From assembly GCF_009914755.1 (NCBI RefSeq), contig NC_060937.1: 64,000 nucleotides of DNA. The stretch is one strand, 5' to 3'. Source of the stretch: the human T2T-CHM13v2.0 reference genome, Homo sapiens. The position numbers and the translations under genes were made by a program. Positions 56,123 through 64,000 of this stretch are shown in pieces. The notes beneath the pieces were generated by a model that did no database searches, was not told where the DNA came from, and saw only the letters and a list, made by a program, of their open reading frames with translations. Numbering within the stretch: the stretch's first letter is position 1; each line of letters opens with the position of its first letter.

Positions 56123-58128
56123 CAAGGCCAGCCCTTATGAAAGGGTGAGAAAGTTCACCACATTTCTTAGGAGAATCTGCTAAGTCACATGGAAAGGGGT
56201 TTGGATATAGAGAAGGAAATAATCATAGCCGTTTTTTTTTTTCAAGATAGTAAACCTGACATGAAAATAAATGTACATTTTGAATAAACATAATAATGCT
56301 TTTCTGTTTTGACATTTGAAATCTAAGGCCATATCATGAGCATGAAAACTGAATGGGTTGCAATTCATAGAATCTGTGCATTTTGTTTAACCTAGTTCTC
56401 AATAATGGTAAATACAGTAAATATGTGAGAGAACTATAAAATTTGTAAGTAAATTTCCAGTTTTGTCTTCCATTTCTACAACTTTTTATACCAAAATTAA
56501 ATACTCATCATTCCTCCAATGGGCCTCTCATTTATTCCTTAACTTATGCTCTATACCTTAGGCCCATATAAAACTTAGTGCTGTACCAGAATAGCATAAA
56601 CATCCCATTTGTTTCAAATTCTGTTTTCTCTAGAACAAAATCACATATCTGGAATCTCAATCTGACTTTTTTTTTGTAATTTCCTTGTCATATTAATGTA
56701 CATAACATATGATATAAAGTCACTTCAATTTCAAATATTGTTTACGTGTGTTTCTTCTCTTTGCTATTAAACAGCAAAGTTTTTAACAGAAAGCGTTTTA
56801 TTCACCAATTTTTATTAGTACAATGAGAGATTTTTTTTAATTAGAAGCCTACAAAGATAAGAATGTTAGTAAACATTGGTAGAATATTTCAACATAATTG
56901 TAAAAGCTTTAAAGTGGTTGCAGCAAAGTAAATAATTTAGGAGAATGGGGCAAGCAGAAAATGAAATGTCTACAGAGCTGCAGAGGGAGATATTAACAGA
57001 AATAAACCAGAATTTTACCCTCCCCCCAAACACACACAAGTGAAACTCTAAAACAATTAGAAAGTAAAGGCATGGGTAATTGGGACTTCAAAGGTGATGC
57101 GAGTCTAATTATTATTTCAATTTAACAGGTAACAACAATGACATTTAAAGAGGTTAAGTGACTGCCGTAGGTTTCACATCAATATTAATTTGTGAGACTT
57201 GCATTAGATCTTCAAATTCAACATCTGGAGTTTAAGAAAAGCTTTCTTTTACTTTGGAAATCACTTTCTGACAATAGCTAGCTCTGTTAATTTTGCTTAA
57301 ACAACGTATTTACCTTCCACTCTCTATTATCCTGTATTGTTTTTCTAACTTTTTATATATGTTCAATTATAATATATTTCTCAAAGGTTTTAATGGCATA
57401 ACAATAACAAGATGACAGGAATTTAGAAAAAGGATACTCTCAGTATGATCCCAGACAAGTTAATGATTTTGTTAATCAACTGATTCAATATAAAGTTAGA
57501 AAAATTAAACTATTATAAACTGAATGATTGCCCCTCCCCCAAACTCATATGTTGAAGCCCTAACCCTCAGTGTGACAGAATTTGGATATAAAGCCTCTGG
57601 AGGTTAGAGCAGATGAGGACACAAGGATGGAGCCCTTATAATTGTGTCAGTGTCCTTTCAAGCATAGACTACATATAGCTTGCCTTCTTTGCATGCACAA
57701 AAAGGAAGTCGTGTGAGCACCCAGTGAAAAGGCAGCAGCAGTCTATAAGCCAGAAAGAGAGGCAGAACCTGACTATGCTGACATCCAGACATCCAGGTTT
57801 CAGACTTCTAGCCTCCACAACTGTAAGAAAATAAATTGCTACCATGTAAGCAACTCAGACTACAATATTTTGTTATGACAGTCTGAAATGACTGATAACA
57901 AAGTACTAATCCATGAATTGGATGTAAGAATTAACTGAAGGAAAAGAATAAACAGTTGACTTTTCTTCAATTCTTGTTGTACAGGGAAATGATATATATG
58001 AATAAAAAATATAAAAATAGTAAACACAGCATTACATAAGTAACCCTGCCACAGGCATGCTATGTTTGTATTATTTATAATAAACTGCATTCTAACATAA
58101 GCATTTATTCTAATTTTCAAATAAAGAT

Positions 58129-58710
58129 TGCGCAGAAAAGAGTTAATGTAGTAGTTTGGAGACTGATATCCTTAGAAAGGACTGCTCTTATGGTTGTCTG
58201 TTAGCTGATCTGGGAACATGGATTACAGGAGAGTTCCTACCATTCCCAAAATTTATAAGAGAAACTATTATACCTAAACTTTTTTTGCAAACAGTATGGT
58301 TTATGCCGAATACCTACTTACCTTCTGAGAACCAAGAATTTTGATATATACAAAGCAAAAAGTGCCTACGTGACCAACCCCAGTAAAAACCCTGGGCACC
58401 GAGTCTCTAATGAGCTAATTAGAATATGCTAATGAATGAACTAATAAAATATTGATAGACAATATTTCATATATATTGTCATAACTCATTGTTGGAGGAT
58501 AGGCCTGTGTGACTCCACTGTGAGAGGACTTTTGGATACTTGTACCTAGTTTCTTGTAAAGTTTGCTGCATTCACCTTTTACTTTTGTGGATTTATCTTT
58601 GTATCTTTTTGCTGCATTGAATAATAGACATGAATATAACTATATGTTGAGTTCATTGAGCCTTCCTAGCAAATTGCCAGTCCTGGGATAAGTCTTAGGG
58701 ACCACTGACA
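58129..58710 (+). mobile_element. MER21-family LTR (mirror copy)
   Basis: Reverse complement of 10727-11311. Confidence 0.7.
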
Positions 58711-59166
58711 TAGGCTCAGGGAGCATAACTTATTTTCCCTCCCCATTTTATCTGATTCCAAAAATCTGTGATATGAAAACTCACAGGTAATAGAGAGAAT
58801 AGAAAAACAGTATTGAAAAAATAGTATGAATATTACCATGAAGCTATGTGGGAGCTCAAGGATGCAGTGGGCGAGGATTCCTCCACTGCACTCCAGCCTG
58901 GGCAACAGAGTGAGACCCTGTCTCTAAAAAAGTAAGTAATTAATTAATTAAATATTAACATAAAGGAGAAAAATATACTATTACCTGAATCAAGATGATG
59001 TTTGGCATACCTCAGTTTATCTTTAAGTTGTACAAGTGCAGTTTTATTTAACAAGCTTTTATTTAAAGGTGTGTGTCAAAAAGATGGAAAATCAAATCAA
59101 GTTTATTCAAAAATACTAAATCACGATCCCTCTTTCTTCACTTCCTCCAGAGTATTCAAAGACTAT

Positions 59167-60652
59167 TTGAATCTCTTTGAATGTTTCTAATAACTTGCTT
59201 TATGAATTTGGGTGCTCCTGTGTTGGCTGCATATATATTTAAGATAGTTAGGTCTTCTTGTTGAATTGAACCCTTTACCAGTATGTAATGCCCTTCTTTA
59301 TCTTTTTTTATCTTTGCTAAAGTCTATTTTGTCTGAAATTAGAATTGCAATCCCTGTTTTTTTCTGTTTTCCATTTGCTTGGTAGATTTTTCTTCATCTC
59401 TTTATTTTGAACTTATGGGTGTCACTGCATGTGAGATAGGTCTGTTGAAGACAGCATACCACTGGGTCTTGCTTCATTATCAAACTTGCAAATATGTACC
59501 TTCGAATTGGGGCATTTAGCTTGTTTACATTCAAGGTTATATTGATACGTGTGGATTTGATCCTGTTATCATAATGTAAGCTATTTACTATGCAGATTGG
59601 TTTATATGATTGCTTCATATTGTCACTGGTTTGTGAACATAAGTGTGTTTTTGTAGTGGCTGGTAATGGTCTTCCACTTCCATATTTAGTGCTTCTCTCC
59701 AAAGGTGCTGTAAGGCAGGTTAAATGATAGCAAATTCTCTCAGCATTTCCTTGTCTGAAAAGGATCTTATTTCTCCTTTTCTTATTAAGCTTAGTTTGGC
59801 TGGATATGAAATTTTGGGTTGCAATTTCTTCAATTTGAAAATATTGGATATTGGCACCCAATATCTTCTGCATTGTAAGGAGATACCTTCTCACACCAGT
59901 AAGAATGGCTATTATTAAAAAGTCAAAAAATAACAAGGGCTGACAAGTTTGCAGAGAAAAAGAAACACTTATACACTGTTGGTGAGAGTGTAAATTAGTT
60001 CAACCATTGTGCCAAATGGTACTGTTGGTGGGAGTGTAAATTAGTTCAACCATTGTGGCAAATGGTGTGGCAATTCCTTGGAGACCTAAGAACAGAACTA
60101 CCATTCAGCCCAGCAATCCCATTACTGGGTATACACCCAAAGGAAAATAAATTGTTCTATCATAAAGATACATGCACACGTATGCTCATTGCAGCACTAC
60201 TCGTGACAGCAAAGACATAGCATCAACCTAAATGTCCAGCAATAACAGATCAGATATAGAAAATGTTGTGTATACACACCATGGAATACTCTGCATCCAT
60301 AAAAAACAAAAACAAGATTATGTCCTTTGAAGGAATATGGATGGAGCTGGAGGTCACTGTCCTTAGAAAACTAACGCAGCAACAGAAAACCAAATACCAG
60401 AAGTTCTCACTTATAAGTGGAGCTAAATGATGAGGACACATGGACAAATAGAGGGGAACATCAGACTCTAGAAGCTGTCAGAGGATGGAGGGAGGGAGAG
60501 GATTTGGAAAAATAACTCATGAGCACTAGGCTTAACACCTGAGTGACAAAAACTAATCTGTACAACAAACCTGTGACACAAGTTTACCTATGTAATAAAT
60601 CTGCACATTTACCCCTGAACTTAGAATAAAAGTTAAAAAATAAATTTAAAAA
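59167..60652 (+). mobile_element. 5'-inverted L1PA (mirror copy)
   Basis: Reverse complement of 8785-10270; identical 180-aa ORF at 59394-59936. Confidence 0.85.
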
Positions 60653-62989
60653 AGAATATTTAAGAGAAATTTAGTAGGTCCAGTTATTTGTTAAAAATTT
60701 TAACTCCAGAGAAAGCAAATACTTTCTTTGGTCTTCTTTTTCTAATTTTCTACAAGAATTCTCATTGGACAGGAATAGAGAAGAGCACATGAGCTTATCT
60801 TAGTCTCACATTTATGAAATACTTTATTTTTCTCTATTTTCTTCAAGCTCTGCCCTGAACACTACTCTCTTTTCTAAGAAGACATTCATCTCTTTTCTGA
60901 GAAGGCATTTCTGCAAAGGCATTCATCATCATCAGGTATTTTAAGCCTGGGTAACACCAATTTTGTGGCCTATAGATATGAGCTAATCTCTTTGGGCATA
61001 AAGATCAGAGCAATGAAGTTTGCATGGATAAGACATAATGCCAGCAGGCAAACAGGACGCCTATTTGAGAATACCAGGTCTCAGTAAATATACTGATTGT
61101 ATTATGTGCCGTGCTCTCGACATAGGTGTACTGAAGAAAGGGATATAGGCATAGATGAGAAGGAGAAAATAATCAGTGTAAGAGGAAAATCAGTAAGAAT
61201 ATGGAAAAACTAAACCAAAACAAAGGGAAACTTCTGCTATGGAATTCTCCTTGTACTGCCTTTACCTACTTCATGCTCTTTTCTGTCAAAGATTAAAGAA
61301 GGCCTTTTACAATTAAATAGCTATGGCCTAAAAACAAATTAAAATTTGCTGACAATATAATATTTACTTCTAATTATGATTTACATAATTTATTAAACAA
61401 ATATTTTTCAAGCTACCACATTTTGCTAGGTAGTAAGAACACAATGTTAAGCGAAATTTGGTTCATTTAACCATGTATTGGTTTTAAGAAATCAAAATAG
61501 ATCACCTTAACACAAATTATTTGGCTGATACTAACGCTGCCATATAAAAGTGTTCTGTTTTTTTAGTGGGTGTTTTCATAAGAAAATTAATAATATATTT
61601 CTATTGTGTTTTTAATATGCTGAAAAATGCATTTGAAAGAGGAAAACAGTTTCCTTCACAAAAAAATGAGAAGATAAGTGAGATGAAAACTTGTAATTAA
61701 GATGACCTTGGTTCTAAAGTTATTAACTAAATAATGGATTTATTCAGGACTTAAGATATAATACAGTTCCTTGGATTAAGAATGTTTGCCATCATTAATT
61801 ATTCCATAATTGAGGTCACTGGACTTGGAAATGTACTATGTCAAAATTAATTCACCAATACAATATCTAAAATCCTTTAATTCTGTACTTGGAAGTTTGA
61901 AAATATGTGTTTCGAGATCTTGAAATCCTTAAATTGAGTATTATGTGTATGTATAAATGCAAATAGTATACAAGTCATAAAATTGAATATAAATATTGGC
62001 TAAAGTTTAAAGAAAAATGATAAATTAAATTGTTTGGTAGCTGGTTATGATAATGTTTTTGCTTTTAGATTTTATAATCATAGAGAATATTTAGTTTACT
62101 ATGTCATCTTCTAATTTGGAAATTTTTTTTAATTATGGAGAAAGTACGGGGAATTTTATCTGACTTATACTTTGCTCTTAATTATAGTATGCATAATGTT
62201 CTTAAAAACTGTTAACTAAGGTTAGGTTAATGTGCTAATAGGTTATTTGATAAACCATTATTATTATAATTTTAGATAGTTATTAATCTATTCTTGCTCA
62301 GACTTCTTTGATTAAAACATCCCTTTAGATATGATTGTATATGTTTAGATCACTATGCCATTTGAACTTTATTAAATTAAGAGAATTTCAGGTACAAGCT
62401 AATATGTTGGGTTGATTGAAAAAATGACTACAAGTCTCAAATTTTCCATATTAATGTCATCTGCAAATCCTCTCATCAAGAGTTTGAATGTATTTTCTCA
62501 CTCTTAGTTAGCCTAGGCTGGCTTCTTTCTTTCCTTGAACTAAGAAAATTTATAGTATGCTAGTTTCAAGTGTAGTCCTCGAGTCTTCACACATTTCCAT
62601 TTTCTATTGAAACCAACATGAGAACAAGTCTGTGCTAACTTGTTAAAAAATAAGAGTGCAGGTGGATCAGAAATAAATTGTCCAACTGAGGACATCCTTG
62701 TGCAGTTAGACCACAGCCAAATCAATTCATGGCAGACACAAGCCTAAGGCCAGATTAACTGAGTCTGCCCTAGCAATCTCACATAACTACCAGTAATAAG
62801 AAATAATAATTGTTCTCGTTTTAAGTCACTGAGATTTGTGGTATTTTATTACAGAGTGATATTTAACTGGTATGACTAGGAAACCTATTTTTTTGTATAA
62901 ATATTATATTGATAATAAAAATTGGAAAATTATTTTGGAAATAGCTTCTGAAAGTGCAATAGTGAGATTCTGCTGACATATTTGTTATT

Positions 62990-63620
62990 AAGCACAAGCC
63001 TTAATTTCATTAAAATTTGCATGTAAGATGGATTTTAAATTAGAAATTGTTTGTCAAAGAACTGTAATAGATTCTAATAAATGATATGTATAGAATGAAA
63101 AACTCAATAAATAAAACTAAGAACGTAATGCATGGATTTAAAACACATTATACATAGTTAATAAGATAGCTAATAAACTGAAAAAAAGAAAGAAATGTCC
63201 AGAATAAAGAAATAGTATGGAGTCATAGGAGGTAGAATCAAAATGGCAAACACACTGCTAATTGAGTGCCAGAAAAAGAGGGGGAAGAAAATAAATCAGC
63301 ATCAATATTTGATGACCTATTGCATGAAAGGCTCATGAAATTGATGTAAGACATGAAACTATGAATATAAAAACCACTATAAATACTAAGCAGGATAAAT
63401 AGCAAAAGAAAAATATTCTGAAGCATTACACTATACAACTATCAAAAATCAAATATGAGAATAAAAATAATAAAAACAGCCATGAAAAGTTACATAAGGT
63501 AAAAAAGACTAATTATTTTAATGCTAATTGGTTTTAAAAATGAAGAAACTGATCTTTCAATGTCATGTGTAATTTATTAAGGCAGATATTCCAAATAAGA
63601 GAACAGGGATTAAAACCCAT
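62990..63620 (+). mobile_element. Highly decayed L1M ORF1-region fragment
   Basis: A-rich; aattgagtgccagaaaaagagg...aatatttga and taagcaggataaat resemble old L1 ORF1. Confidence 0.45.
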
Positions 63621-64000
63621 TTATACCTGCCTCAAAAGTTCATGTGTTTTCCACTGCCCTACCTTCCCCCACTTCACATATTCCCAGCTTCCACAGATTA
63701 CGGGACTTAAATTGGTTTATTTACTTGTACAAAAGCTGAATAAATGATAAGTTTTTACGTCTTTGTATTTTTCTGGTTGTTGTCCATCTTGAATACATGT
63801 AATCTAATTGTACGCTACATGACTTAAAATTCTGTGCAGAGAGACATCAAGTAAGAGCTGTGACTAATTAAATCTAAAATGGTTTAATAAAACATAAAAT
63901 TCTCATTATGATCATGATTATAATCACCTTCATCATCAAAAAATAGAAGTGCAGTGCCTGTATGAACATGATATATCTTGTTAGGGTTATAATATGCAAA

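Larger units (their letters stand above)
50517..61093 (-). repeat. Inverted segmental duplication, right arm (10,577 bp)
   Basis: Reverse complement of 8340-18937 with scattered substitutions and seven small indels seen. Confidence 0.97.

Noticed and set aside
50517-61093. Right arm as an assembly artefact
   Set aside because: Arm-specific substitutions and indels, plus structured junctions with templated inserts, argue for a real duplication. Read-level confirmation is still needed.

Overview
This is AT-rich, gene-poor primate (very likely human) genomic DNA, dominated by Alu, L1, L2, MaLR/ERV LTRs and old DNA transposons. Its main structure is a young, near-identical inverted duplication (arms 8340-18937 and 50517-61093, about 10.6 kb each) around a 31.6 kb spacer. 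The spacer holds a chimeric cassette: a GC-rich ~80-bp satellite with four captured HERV-E-like pol fragments, a 5'-truncated OR7E olfactory-receptor pseudogene, an AT-rich SATR-type satellite, and an intact, repeat-expanded KRTAP21-1-like keratin-associated protein gene with its own TATA box and poly(A) signal. From memory, unverified, this resembles the human 13q21.31 OR7E156P region. The most notable observation is short templated insertions at two junctions (28980-29029 and 50469-50518), copied in inverted orientation from the flanks of the duplication arms. They tie the inverted duplication and the cassette into one replication-based, template-switching rearrangement. Nearly all other ORFs in the track are repeat-derived or chance. 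All alignments were done by eye and repeat subfamily names are recalled from consensus motifs.
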